This document shows positions 34,627-47,149 of a stretch of DNA of 64,000 bases, one piece after another. The notes beneath the pieces are model-generated. The model worked only from the letters and a program-made list of their open reading frames with translations, was not told the origin of the DNA and searched no databases. The translations under genes and the position numbers were made by a program. Source of the DNA: Mobula hypostoma (taxonomy: Eukaryota); assembly GCF_963921235.1 (NCBI RefSeq), contig NC_086097.1, positions 136,030,001 to 136,094,000 of the forward strand. Reading direction: 5' to 3'. How positions within the stretch are numbered: position 1 is the first letter of the stretch; each line of letters opens with the position of its first letter.

Positions 34627-37600
34627 CAAACAACAGGAATTCTGCAGATGCTGGAAATTCAAGCAACACACATACAAGTTGCTGGTGAACGCAGCAGGCC
34701 AGGCAGCATCTCGAGGAAGAGGTGCAGTCGACGTTTCAGGCCAAGACCCTTTGTCAGGACTAACTGAACTAAGAGTGAGTAAGGGATTTGAAAGTTGGAG
34801 GGGGAAGGGGGAGATCCAAAATGATAGGAGAAGACAGGAGGGGGAGGGATGGAGCCAAGAGCTGGACAGGTGATAGGCAAAAGGGATACAAGAGGTTCAT
34901 GAGACAGGAGGCCCAGGGAGAAAGACGGGGGGGAGGGGGGGACCCAGAAGATGGGCAAGGGGTATATTCAGAGGGACAGAGGGAGAAAAAGAGAGTGAGA
35001 GAAAGAATGTGTGTATAAAAATGAGTAACAGATGGGGTACGAGGGGGAGGTGGGGCATTAGCCGAAGTTAGAGAAGTCGGTGTTCATGCCATCAGGTTGG
35101 AGGCTACCCAGACGGAATATAAGGTGTTGTTCCTCCAACCTGAGTGTGGCTTCATCTTTACAGTAGAGGAGGCCGTGGATAGACATGTCAGAATAGGAAT
35201 GGGATGTGGAATTAAAATGTGTGGCCACTGGGAGATCCTACTTTCTCTGGCGGACAGAGCGTAGATGTTCAGCAAAACGGTCTCCCAGTCTGCGTCGGGT
35301 CTCGCCAATATATAAAAGGCCACATCGGGAGCACCGGACGCAGTATATCACCCCAGCTGACTCACAGGTGAAGTGTTGCCTCACCTGGAAAGACTGTTTG
35401 GGGCCCTGAATGGTGGCAAGGGAGGAAGTGTAAGGGCATGTGTAGCACTTGTTCCGCTTACACGGATAAGTGCCAGGAGGGAGATCAGTGGGGAGGGATG
35501 CGGGGGACAAATGGACAAGGGAGTTGAGTAGGGAGCGATCTCTGCGGAATGCAGAGGGGGGGGAGGGAAAGATATGCTTAGTGGTGGGATCCCGTTGGAG
35601 GTGGCGGAAGTTACGGAGAATAATATGTTGGACCCGGAGGCTGGTGGGGTGGTAGGTGAGGACCAGGGGAACCCTATTCCTAGTGGGGTGGCGGGAGGAT
35701 GGAGTGAGAGCAGATGTACGTGAAATGGGGGAGATGCGTTTAAGAGCAGAGTTGATAGTGGAGGAAGGGAAGCCCCTTTCTTTAAAAAAGGAAGACATCT
35801 CCCTCGTCCTAGAATGAAAAGCCTCATCCTGAGAGCAGATGCGGCGGAGACGGAGGAATTGCGAGAAGGGGATGACGTTTTTGCAAGAGACAGGGTGAGA
35901 AGAGGAATAGTCCAGATAGCTGTGAGAGTCAGTAGGTTTACAGTAGACATCAGTGGATAAGCAGAGACAGAGACAGAAAGATCTAGAAAGGGGAGGGAGG
36001 TGTCGGAAATGGACCAGGTAAACTTGAGGGCAGGGTGAAAGTTGGAGGCAAAGTTAATAAAGTCAACGAGCTCTGCATGCGTGCAGGAAGCAGCACCAAT
36101 GCAGTCATCAATGTAGCGAAGGAAAAGTGGGGGACAGATAGCAGAATAGGCACGGAACATAGATTGTTCCACAAATCCAACAAAAAGGCAGGCATAGCTA
36201 GGACCCATACGGGTGCCCATAGCTACACCTTTAGTTTGGAGGAAGTGGGAGGTGCCAAAGGAGAAATTATTAAGAGTAAGGACTAATTCCGCTAGACGGA
36301 GCAGAGTGGTGGTAGAGGGGAACTGATTAGGTCTGGAATCCAAAAAGAAGCGTAGAGCTTTGAGACCATCCTGATGGGGGATGGAAGTATATAGGGACTG
36401 GACATCCATGGTGAAAATAAAGCGGTGGGGGCCAGGGAACTTAAAATCATTGAAAAGTTTAAGAGTGTGAGAAGTGTCACGAACATAGGTAGGAAGGGAT
36501 TGAACAAGGGGGGATAAAATCGTGTCGAGGTATGCAGAAACGAGTTTGGTGGGGCAGGAGCAAGCTGAGACAATAGGTCGGCCAGGACAGGCAGGTTTGT
36601 GGATCTTGGGTAGGAGGTAGAAACGGGAAGTGCGAGGTGTGGGAACTATAAGGTTGGTAGCAGTGGATGGGAGATCCCCGAGCGGATAAAGTCGGTGATG
36701 GTGTGAGAGACAATGGCCTGGTGCTCCTTAGTGGGGTCACGATCGAGGGGTAAATAAGCGGAGGTAGCCGCGAGTTGTCGCTGTGCCTCGGCAAGGTAGA
36801 GGTCAGTACACCAGACTACAACAGCACCCCCCTTATCGGCGGGTTTAATAATATGGTTAGGATTAGTGAGGAGGGAGTGGAGAGCAGAGCGTTCCGAAAG
36901 AGTGACGTTGGAATGGGGACAAGGTGCAGTGAAGTTGAGACAGTTGATGTCCCATCCGCAGTTAGCGATAAAGAGATCCAGAGCAGGCAGAAGACCAGAG
37001 CGGGGTGTCCATGAAGAAGAGGAGGGTTGAAGACGGGAGAAGGAGCCATAGGTGGGGGTGGAAGAGTCCTTGCCGAAGAAGTAGGCTCGGAGACGGAGAC
37101 GGCAGAAGAAAACTTCCGCATCATGGCGAACAAGGAACTCGCTGAGGTGTGGGCGAAGGGGGACAAAGGTGATGCCCTTACTGAGGACAGAGCGTTCTGC
37201 CTCCGACAGTTGAAGGTCAGTGGGGATGGTAAAGACCCGGCACGGATGAGAGCTGGGATCAGAGGGGGGAGGGGGGAGGCTGGGGGTGTCAATGGAGAGG
37301 GGAGGGTTGGGATGAGAGGAAGATGGAGCCTCTGAGGGCCCAGGAGCTGACGGTGGGATCTGAGGGAGACGGGGTCGCAGAGTGTTGGTGGGGGAAGGGG
37401 AGACGGGAGTCACAATAGCAGCACATAAAGACCCGGTCTGGAGTTCAAGGCTGGAATCTTGAGAGCTGGGATCAGAGGGGGAGAGGGGGGGAAGGCTGAG
37501 GGTGTCAGTGGAGAGGGAATGGTTGGGGTGAGAGGAAGATGGAGCCTCTGAGTACCCAGGAGTTGACGGGGTGGGATCTGAGGAAGATGGGGCTGTGGAG

Positions 37601-38248
37601 TGGTGGTGGGGGAAGGGGAGACGGGAGTCACAACAGCAGCACTTGAAGACCCGGCCTGGAGCTCAAGGCTGGAGTCGCAGTTGGTGGTTGCGCAATCGCT
37701 TTGAATGTCTCCATGGTCGTTGCTGGAGTCCGGGTTTTGAATATGCCCTGAGGTGTTGGAGCTGGTGAGATCAATGGCAGGAGCCGCAATCTGAAGTTCA
37801 TGCCTGCTAGTTTCATGGCCAGCAGGCTCTGGAGTCCGTAGATATAGGATCTTGCGATCTTTGCTTAACATGACAAAGTCAAAAAAACGGCGATTGCAGG
37901 CGTGAATCCGACGGAGGATGAAATAACGGGAAGGGCCATTACAGATGGCGAAAAAAGTGTCCCGAAGGTATGGAAGGGTCTGGGATAGGGACACCAAGTA
38001 CCTCCTCATGGCGGACAGGGTCGCCTTCAGAGCTTGACGGGAGAAGCAGCGAGAGGTAGAGTCAATAAAATGTGAGTACCTGGGATCCTCAGAAGGTCCA
38101 AATTGAGAGGCTTGGAAACGAATTCTAAAGCCAACTGGAGTAAGTTGGCGACGGAGGCACGTTCCAAGAAAGGATATACGGCTGTGATAGCGAGTACGTT
38201 CCAAGAAAGGATATATGGCTGTGGTAGCGAGCACGTTCCAAGAAATAA
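34627..38248 (-). mobile_element. Near full-length Penelope-like retroelement (N-terminal domain, RT, GIY-YIG endonuclease), frameshifted
   Basis: IIKPADKGGAVVV, MDVQSLYTSIPH, GVAMGTRMGPSYA, RYIDD, VIYCVRCSRCGLLYIGET; perfect 14-bp TSD AGATGTTAATAACT (34613-34626, 38249-38262). Confidence 0.97.
34725..34762 (-). ncRNA. Minimal type I hammerhead ribozyme, G8A core mutation
   Basis: UAGUC CUGACAA AGGGUCUUGGCCU GAAAC GUC GACUG; the change is consistent with CpG decay. Confidence 0.8.
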
Positions 38249-38709
38249 AGATGTTAATAACTGCACGGTGCCATTCCAGGGAAGAGCCTTGGTGCTCACG
38301 TCAACCAGAGCAGGTGATCAGGTCTCTGTGACATTACATCTGCGAGAGCCTGCTGCAAACTGACTGCAAAACTTCCCAAATTACAATTATGACTACCCTT
38401 CCAAAACACTTCCATTATCTGTGAAGTGCCGAGGGCTTGAAAAGTGCAATGGAAATGCAATTTTTTTTTCCATCTGGTGCACTTGCAAACAGTGGCAGGA
38501 CCCAAATGTTCTTTGTAAAGATCTGTGCAGCTATATAGGACTTCTTGGCACCACTACTGCAATGGTCCCGTGGTCCATCTGGAACAAGATGCAACAGGAG
38601 ACAGATTCTAGATGGAGTGATGGTGGATCACGTTGATAGTAATTGCAGCCTTTCTATCACGTTCAGCACATAAACTCTTCCAAAGTTCTATGCCTGATCC
38701 CCTTCACAG

Positions 38710-38743
38710 TGGCTTCTGGATTTTCTGCAATGGATCGCCTTTG
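38710..38743 (+). CDS. Candidate exon (34 nt; VASGFSAMDRL in phase 1-2 or WLLDFLQWIAF in phase 0-1)
   Basis: Acceptor cctgatccccttcacag, donor TTG|gtaaga. Confidence 0.5.
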
Positions 38744-39185
38744 GTAAGAAACATGGCTGCAGCTTCCTTACATTTTTAGTGCAGCTCATAAGAGTTGGCT
38801 TGCTCCTGATGAACTCCAGCTGCCCTGCATCTCCTGGTTCATCAGCGCTCTTAAACACACTCTTGGCAACTCTGTTTCACATGGATGCTTTTTATTGGAA
38901 AAGTAAATTACCTCATCCTCATACAGTAATTTATCAAAGTGGAAATGAAGGCAGTGTCCCCAAAGCCCCATCGCCTCCCAATGTCAATAGCGAAGAGAGC
39001 CACTTGGGAGGGCTCCAGTTCAAGGGGAAGTTCATATTTTGAAGAGAGAGGATTGGCTTTGTGTATCCAGTCAGAATCCTCCACAAGCCCGGATTAATAA
39101 ATTAAAAATCTGATTTCTTAATGTCATTGTGTAAAAGTATATAACAAAATTAATCTGCACTAGAAGTGGAGTGATGACCAGGAGA

Positions 39186-42100
39186 GTTTGCATAATTCCT
39201 AAAAGGTTATATTAAAAAGTATGTGAAAGGCATACATCATTATGCCAACAGGTCATATGTGAGCACCTCTCTAAAGAAAAAGAAAGTAAGTACCATGCAT
39301 CCTGGCTCCCGTGTTTTACTTTTCATTAGTTTCTGGAGTTACAAAACATCACAGTGGCAACAAAGAGGTTTTAAAATGAATCCAAGACCATTACCCCGTT
39401 GAAGCACAGTGCGTTTCTTTCTTCAGAAAGGGAAGAGAGATGTTCAATTAAAAAAAAAGCACTGCACATTTTTTTTCTTTGGAAGGGGAGAGAGATGTTC
39501 CAAGTTTAAAAAATGGCAGAAAGTGAATGAAATTCACAGGTTCATAAAAATTGAATGCTAGGTGATAATAATAATAAATTAACAAAAAAATAGAAATGGC
39601 TGGCTAATAACAAAAAGATAGAGGTATTTGATTACACAACAGATAACTGGATGAGGTATACTGATCAAATTGTTCAGTATTTTGAAGCAAATGAAATAGC
39701 CAATGAAAAGCAAGTTCCAGTGTCACAGAGTGCAATAGGTAGAAATGCATGCAGCTTGCTGAGAAGTTGAACTGCTCCAACCAAAGCAACCAAAAGGAGT
39801 TTTGCTGGTATCGGGAATGTAATACAGGAAAATTTAGAACCAAAACCATTGCTGATTGCAGAACATTTTAGGTTTCATATGTGGAGTCCATTTCAGCCTA
39901 CGTGGCTGAATTGAAGAAATTGTCTGGGCATTGTCAGTCAGTGATCAGCTTAATGGTGCACTGCAAGATCATTTAGTTTGTGGAATCTTACAAGAAAGCA
40001 TTCAAAAATGGCTCCTGATTGAAGCACAACTCACATTTAAAAGAGCAGTTGAAATCGCAGACAGAGACGCAATTGAGTTGCAGTCACGAGTGAAAGTGAA
40101 TATGAAAAAGCTGCAATAAATAGAAGCCTGCCTGGCTGAACAAATTGTGTTAGCATTGTGGCAGGGGTTCACATACATCAGACCAATGCAGGTTTAAAGA
40201 CAACTCTTGCAGAAAATGCAACAAAAGAGGACACATACAGGGAGCATGTCAGGCAGACAAAAATAAATAGACTGTACAGGGAAAAGATAAAGATAAAAAG
40301 TCAGGTTGCAGTTTCAAAAAGAGTACTAATCTGTACACTGTTGGTGAAAAATCTGATAATGATGAGATTGACACAGGACTCAGTAGCCTTAAGATTTACA
40401 ATATGAAAACGAACAAGAGACAAGAAATGTGGTTTACACCGGAAGTAAATGGCAAAATAATGAAAATGGAATTGGACACTGGCTCAGTTGTTTTAGCCAT
40501 TACACTAGATGAGTTTGAACAGCATTTCAAAGATACTGAACTGAAGCCTGCAAATATCCAACTAGGAACTTAGACTGGAGAAAAGATAACTCCTGTGGGA
40601 ATGACATGCGTACCAGTGAAATACAACAATCAAAAGGTCACATTGGGCTTGTATGTGGTAAAAACAGGAGGGCCAGTATTGTGGGGCCCTGAATGGCTGA
40701 GACAACGACAACTTGATTGGAAATCCATCCACCGTTTGCATGTCACATCCCTTATAGTAGAGTCAACTGAAAGCGAACTAAGAAAGGTGCTGGATGATGC
40801 CACAGCAGTGTTCAAAGTAGTCATTGGCAAACTCCATATCAAGAGTAAAATAGTATTAAATGAAAATACCACACCCAAGTTTTACAAGCCCGTCTGTTTC
40901 CTTATATCATCCATGATAAAGTAGCCAGTGAGCTAGATTGCATGGAGACTGTAGGAATTCTTTCCAATGTTGAGTGGAGCTCCCAAAGCAAAGAGGAATG
41001 GGCTATCAGGATCTGTGGTGATCTTAAGGTCACCATCAACCGAATACTTACCCTCTGCCCAAGATAGAAGATATCTTTGCAAACCTTCCTGGAGGGAAAG
41101 ACTTCGGCAAAGTGAACATAACTGAGGTCTATCTACAGATGAAGATGCAAGAAGAGTCCAAAATGTTTCTCACCATAAACCCACACACACACAAATTGCT
41201 ATTCTAAGCTTATTTTTGGAGTAGTATCTGCACCTGCACTCTGGCAGAAAGCCATGGACCAGGTGTTGCAAGGCTGCCCAGGCACCCAGTGTTACCTGGA
41301 TGACATCATAGTTTCCAGTGAGGATGACGAGGAGCATCTCAAAATTGCAAAACAGTGTTAAAAAGATTAGAAGGTTATGGGCTCAGAGTGTGATGCAAAG
41401 ACTGTGAATTCTTTAAACCAAGCATCACTTACTGTGGTCACACCACTGACGCACAAGGTTTATACAAGTGTGCTGAGAAAGTTCAAGCAGTGCCAAAGGA
41501 TGTGTTACAATTGTGATCCTCTTTAGGATTTGTCAATTACTATAACAGGTTCCTGTCAAACTTAGCTATTGTGCTTCACCCCTTGAATTCATTACTAAGA
41601 TTGGGAAGAAATAGAAATGGACAAAGCAGTGGCTTTCCATAAAAAACAGGAAATGGTGATGTCAGAAACTGTACTCAAACATAATGATCCATACCATCAA
41701 GTGAAGCTTGACTGTGATGCCTTACCTTATGGTATAGGTGCCGAAATGTCACGTTTTGAGTGATGGAAATAAATGTCCATATCCTTTGCATCATGTTCCC
41801 TTACCATTGCTGTGAACAATTATGCACCGATTGATGGAGAGGGTCTGGTTTGGAGTGTAAAACATTTCAACCAGTACTTCTATGGGAGAGAGTTTACTCT
41901 CATTACTGATCATCAACCACTGGTGTCCATTTTCAACCCACAGAAGGGTGTTCCACTACCAGCAGCAGCACAAATGCAGAGATGGGCTCTGTTTCTAGGA
42001 GGACACAATTACAAGATCAAATTTAAGAGGATAACTAATCATGGAAATGCTGATGGATTATCCTGCTTACCCTTGGAAAAGGGAATACCTGGAAAATTGA

Positions 42101-43844
42101 CAAAAGATGACAGTCCTCTTGGCATATCAAGATCAAATGCAAATCAAGAGTCTCCCTATTATGGCAGAGATGATCGAAAAGGAAAGCAGAAAAGACCCCA
42201 CACTGTCTCAGGTCTACATGGCCACCCAAAGTGGCTGGGATGTGCTGCAGAAAGTCCAGTTCCCCTATTTTTAACCAGTGCTGGGATGAACTTGCCCTTG
42301 ATGGGGGTTGCCTTATGTGGGGATTAAGAGCTGAAGTTATATAGTAGCTACATGCTGGTCATCTAGTCATGGTGAACATGAAAGTGTTGGCTCGAAGCTT
42401 TGTCCGGTGGCCTAGGATAGGTAGGTTGTGCAGCTTGCCATGCACTGTTCGGGATGCCAACACGTCCAAAGGATGCCAAGAGCAGTGCCTCTCCATCCTT
42501 GGGAATGGCCTGCATTGCCCTGGCAGAAGATTCATGTGGATTTTGCCAGACGATTCATAGACACAAATTTCTTGGTTGTAGTGGACGCAGCTACAAAGTG
42601 GCCAGAAGTGTTCCCAAAAGCCCCCACTACGGCTTCACATACTGCTGACATGTTGAGAAGCCTCTTCTCAGGGACTGGTGTTCCAAAACACTTAGTCAGT
42701 GACAATGGACCACTGTTTGTGGTGGAACAGTTCCAGTCATTCCTGAAATTGAATGGAATAAGACATATTACAGCTGCACTGTCCAACCCAGCTACAAATG
42801 GCTTGGCTGAAAGGTTTGTCCAGAGCTGAAAGAATACACTGCAAGCAATGTCAGCAGTACGCACTACAGTGAGACAGAAACTTGCCGATTCCCTCCTTAC
42901 ATCTCACAACGCAGCACACTCCACAAGCAACCCTTCACCAGCTATGCCGTTCCTGGGTTGTCCCTTGTGCTCATACTTGGATCTCCTCAAACCTAATCTC
43001 AGAAGGTGTATGCAGAACAAATAGCTGAGACAAATTAAGGGCTCCTTAAATAAAGGAGATTCCATGATTTACTCCTGGACTAGCGGTCCTGGCGAGCGAC
43101 TACAGTGATGATCAAAAGTGGGTACTTGGAAGGATTTAGGACAGAGCTGGACCACCCTCCTACAGAGTGGAGGTTGCATCTGGTGTCATCTGGAGATGAC
43201 ACATTGATCAGTTGAGGAGAGCAGAGTGAATTGTTGGAGAAGAACGGTGTCCAGAGCTGTCAGAACCACTTCTTGTAGTCCTAGCTTCGACTCCTACAAC
43301 CAGGAGAACCTGAGAGTGTTTCACAGCCACAAGTCCCACCGGCCAGGCAGAGTGATCCCTTTTCTGTCAGGAAACACGTGATCCCACAAGAGTAAGAAAT
43401 CCTCCACAGTGATTATATATTTAGGCCTGAATGAGACAATTTAAAATTTACTATGCTGTGGATGTCTATACAATAGTTGTATTATATAGCATACTGTGTG
43501 TGTATATACAGTATAAAATAACTAGAGGGCAATACGTTACACATTTGAGTTGAGATGTATTCTACATTTAGTTGGAGTTTATAACTGAACAGGGAGGAGA
43601 GTAGTGTATTTAATATTTCAGTAATATTTGAATAATATTGTAAATATATTGTTCGATTAAGCATTCTTTGTTGTTTACAGAATTCATTAGGGGTTGTGTG
43701 TAAGAAGTACGTGAATGGCGTGCATCATTACATCACCACGTCATATGTCAGCATCTCACTAAAGAATAAAGAAACTTAAATGTACACACATCCTGCCTCC
43801 CATGTTTTTCTTTTGATTAGTCTCTGGAATTAAAAAACATAACA
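39186..43844 (+). mobile_element. Decayed Ty3/Gypsy LTR retrotransposon with both LTRs
   Basis: Partial 5' LTR ~39186-39353 then PBS-like GTGGCAAC; zinc knuckle CRKCNKRGHIQGAC (~40208); protease MELDTGS (~40466); RT YLDDII (~41293); RNase H CDALPYGIG; integrase HVDFA, VSDNGP, NGLAERFVQ; PPT AGGGAGGAGA; 3' LTR ~43600-43844. Confidence 0.95.
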
Positions 43845-44334
43845 TCCCCTCCCCTCCCCTAGTCCTGAGATGAAACATTAATTCTGTTTTGTTTTCTGCA
43901 GAAGCTGCATGACCTGCTGAGTGTTTCCCAAGTCAATGTTGCATTTTAGAACTACACACTTCTGGTCCCTTGTGTGATTGGTATTCATGGCTGCCAGTAT
44001 CATAAACTGTTAGTTTTGTACACCCTTGCTTGCTTGGGTGAATAGACCTTGCTGCTTTAAATGAAGAAGTATATAGTTATACTTTAAAGGCTTATTAGAC
44101 AGTGATGGTCCTTTAAGAAACAGGAATGAGTGTAATCATAGTTGATTTCTCCTAAATTACATTATGAAACATGGAAAATAAAAGAAAATGTAAACCTGCC
44201 AAGAACCCTGTTTACATGGAATGGATGCAAAATCCCAATTTGAAGTGTTTCTCCTTTCCTTTGTTTATGAATCATTCAGCAGGCTCAGAGTCTAAACAAT
44301 GTAGCCAGAAAATAGTCGGCAATTTTGTTTTCAG

Positions 44335-44413
44335 TCACCAAGCAATGAATCTCGATGGTCTGAAGCAAAGCTCACACCAACCTGACCCAACCCCCATCAA
44401 AAGAGCCTTCTGA
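44335..44413 (+). CDS. Candidate terminal coding exon of + gene (HQAMNLDGLKQSSHQPDPTPIKRAF*)
   Basis: Acceptor aattttgttttcag (alternative same-frame acceptor at 44279); TGA 44411-44413; AATAAA 44586-44591. Confidence 0.4.
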
Positions 44414-44781
44414 TCAGACAGGGCTTCCTCCAGCCCATAGTGCAAACGACATTAAAATGCATGAGGTTTCATTGGAGTCATTTCCAGGCTGCGGCTGGCC
44501 CGTCAATAGTTAGGCAGTCTCAGTGTAAGCTTGGCTGTGGACTGGGCTGTTGTACAGGTTGAACAGTGCTCAAAGAAACTCCGAAAATAAAGGAATTGCT
44601 CATTGGCCTTAAAACGCCTTGTAACCAACTGCACCCTTTAACCTTCTACTAACAGAGCTGGGAATCCTTTTATTTTTAGAAGCTGATCAAAAATATTTTT
44701 CAGCCTTGCATTTTAGTTGAACTCAGGGCATCTTGCCTAGGGATATTCAATCCTCCCCCCTGTCTTTGCTTCATGTCTGTG

Positions 44782-44836
44782 CTATGGACCAGGACCTCTG
44801 CTGTCCAGGGTGATGTTTGCTTTGTTCATTTGTGAC
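44782..44836 (-). CDS. Candidate terminal coding exon of - gene (WSQMNKANITLDSRGPGP*)
   Basis: Acceptor catttgctgtcttgatcttccag; phase 2 matches exon 48598-48665; minus-strand AATAAA at 44669-44674. Confidence 0.4.
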
Positions 44837-45171
44837 CTGGAAGATCAAGACAGCAAATGACATCTTTTGATCAATGACCCCAAGGGGTTTCTTTTTATAA
44901 AGCTGCGACCACTGGCTGAAACAGTTACCACTTCCTCCTCTTTGTGCATCCTGCCCCTTAGAGTGTGCAGCTTGTTACAAGGTTTGAAGGCTCTTTGATG
45001 GGTTGTTTGGCCAGAGTAACGCCCAGTAAATAATGTGTTATCTCTGCTACAAAGATCTCAGGTTTGATTAACTCTGCATGGAGTTAATTCTCCCTAAATT
45101 ACAATTATGTCTGCGCATAATTCAGTTCAGAATCTGGAGATGGCCCTGTGTTAATGAACAGCAACAACAGT

Positions 45172-45285
45172 TAAAAACACACACACACACAAAATGCTCG
45201 GGGAGCTCTGCAGGCCAGGCAAAACCTATAGAAGAAGAGAGTAAACGGTCGATGTTTCAGGCCAAGATCCTCAATCAGTCTTCGC
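45172..45285 (-). mobile_element. Mini-PLE ending at the hammerhead, 13-bp TSD
   Basis: CAGCAACAACAGT at 45159-45171 and 45286-45298. Confidence 0.8.
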
Positions 45286-46074
45286 CAGCAACAACAGTAA
45301 CCTGCATTTGTGTGAAACCTTATAAAATTGTTCAAAGCATTAAAATTCTGTATAAAATTTATCATTGAACCATTTAAAGATTTGCTGACGGGGTGACTTA
45401 AAGTTTAGTTAAAGGTGCTGTTTAAGAGAGGAGAGAGAGTTGAGGAAGGGGCTTTCATAGTTTGGGTCCGAGGAGCTAAAGGCATGGTGAGCCAATCAGA
45501 ATTTGAGGCAACAACTGGAGATATGTGGGCCTCCCCAAGGCTGGAGGAGGTTACAGACACAGGGAGGTGCTGACATCAGTGATGGAAATGAAAACAAGGA
45601 TGTGGATTTTGAAACTGAGGAGTAGCTTATCAGGGTGTAGACGCAGGAGACTGCAGAATCTGGCATCTGCAGCAACAAACAAACTGCTAGAGGAGTGCCC
45701 ATCATGGCGCCAGTCTCTCACCCACGCACCTCCCTCCCCAACACAAACAGCAGATAGAGGATATCTGTTTGTTCACTGATTACAGAGTCACAGGAACTGG
45801 ACCACGACTTCTTCCATCATGTTGTAGCTTCATTGGCCACTGTAACTTACACCAAGTGTAAGTGGCAAAATGTTCAAAGGGAAGTTGATGTGCACATGTG
45901 AGAGAAAAGAAGGAAAATAAAGGTAGGGGAAATTGAATTGCCCTGCTGTAAACCAGTACAGAATTTCCAGGCTGAATGGCCTCCTGTGTCGATGCAAAAG
46001 ACTGCAGGTGCTGGAATCTGGAGCCATCATTCCTGGGCTCATCACATAGATAGGATGATAAGGAAAGAATAACA

Positions 46075-46775
46075 ACATTTTTCCTTTCTTAGGAGGTTAA
46101 GGAGGTTTAGCTAGTCACTGAATACTATAGCAAACTTCTATAGATGTACTGTTGAAACCCGAATGGTTGCATTGTGCAGTATGACAACTTAAAGGTACAG
46201 GAATGTAAGAAGTCCCAAGAGAGTAGTGGACTCTGTGTGTTACGTCACAGGCTCATTCGTAGCATCTTCAGGAAGTCCTGCCTCACGAAAACACCCTCTA
46301 GCATCAACGATCCCCACCATCCAGACCATGCCATTTTTCACAACTTCCATTGGGCGGGAGGTACAGAACCCTGAAGTCCCACACCACCAGGTTCAAAAAC
46401 AGCTCAACAGCAGTGTCCTGCCGAAGGGTTTTGGCCCAAAACATCGACTGTATTTTTTCCATAGACGCTGCCTGGGCTGCTGAATTCCTCCAGCACTTTG
46501 TGTGTGTGTTACACAAAAACAGCAACTTACCTTAAACCATTTGGTTCTTGAACTGAGCAGCAAAACCCTAATCACTACAGTTCAGCACTATGATATCTTG
46601 ATCGCCTTGCACTAAAGTGGACTTTGTAATTTTTTTGTTCTTGCAAAGATTGGGTACAGATTATTTTCTGTTTAAGTTTTTTCCTGGTGTATATTGTGCC
46701 TGTGATGCTACTATGATTAAGGTTTTCACCACATGTCTGCATGCATGTACTTGTGCATTTGACAATAAATTCAAC
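46075..46775 (+). mobile_element. Rex1-like LINE 3' fragment containing a mini-PLE (46404-46513, TSD CAAAAACAGC)
   Basis: INDPHHPDHA, GRYRTLKSHTTRFKNS; the insert begins at GTCCTGCCGAAGGG (decayed hammerhead 46413-46450). Confidence 0.8.
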
Positions 46776-47149
46776 TCAGAAACGCTGGAGGAACTCAGCA
46801 TGTCAAGCAGCATTTGCGGAGGGAAATGGACAGTCAGCTTCTCGGGTCAAGGCCTGTAACATGGACTGAAAGATACGAGGGAATGAAACCAGGACCCAGC
46901 CCCTGCCACCCAGGGCCAATGAGTTGTCAGCAGGTTCCGGTATTGCAGCACGGAGTAGGCAGGAGGAACGAGGGCCAGTGACCCACTACGTACACGAATC
47001 AACAAGACCGGAGTTCAAGACCTAAAGTTCAGGGTCCCATCATCTGCAAGTCCAGAGTCCGATGCCTAGTGTCCTGTGACCAGTAAGTCCTGGGGTCAAT
47101 ACTGTGTGGCTAAGCACAGCTCCAATGCCATTTTCTTTTTTTTTTTTTT

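Noticed and set aside
35238..38234. Functional or domesticated RT/endonuclease gene
   Set aside because: The ORF is split over several frames and bounded by a TSD; it is an ordinary decaying PLE copy.
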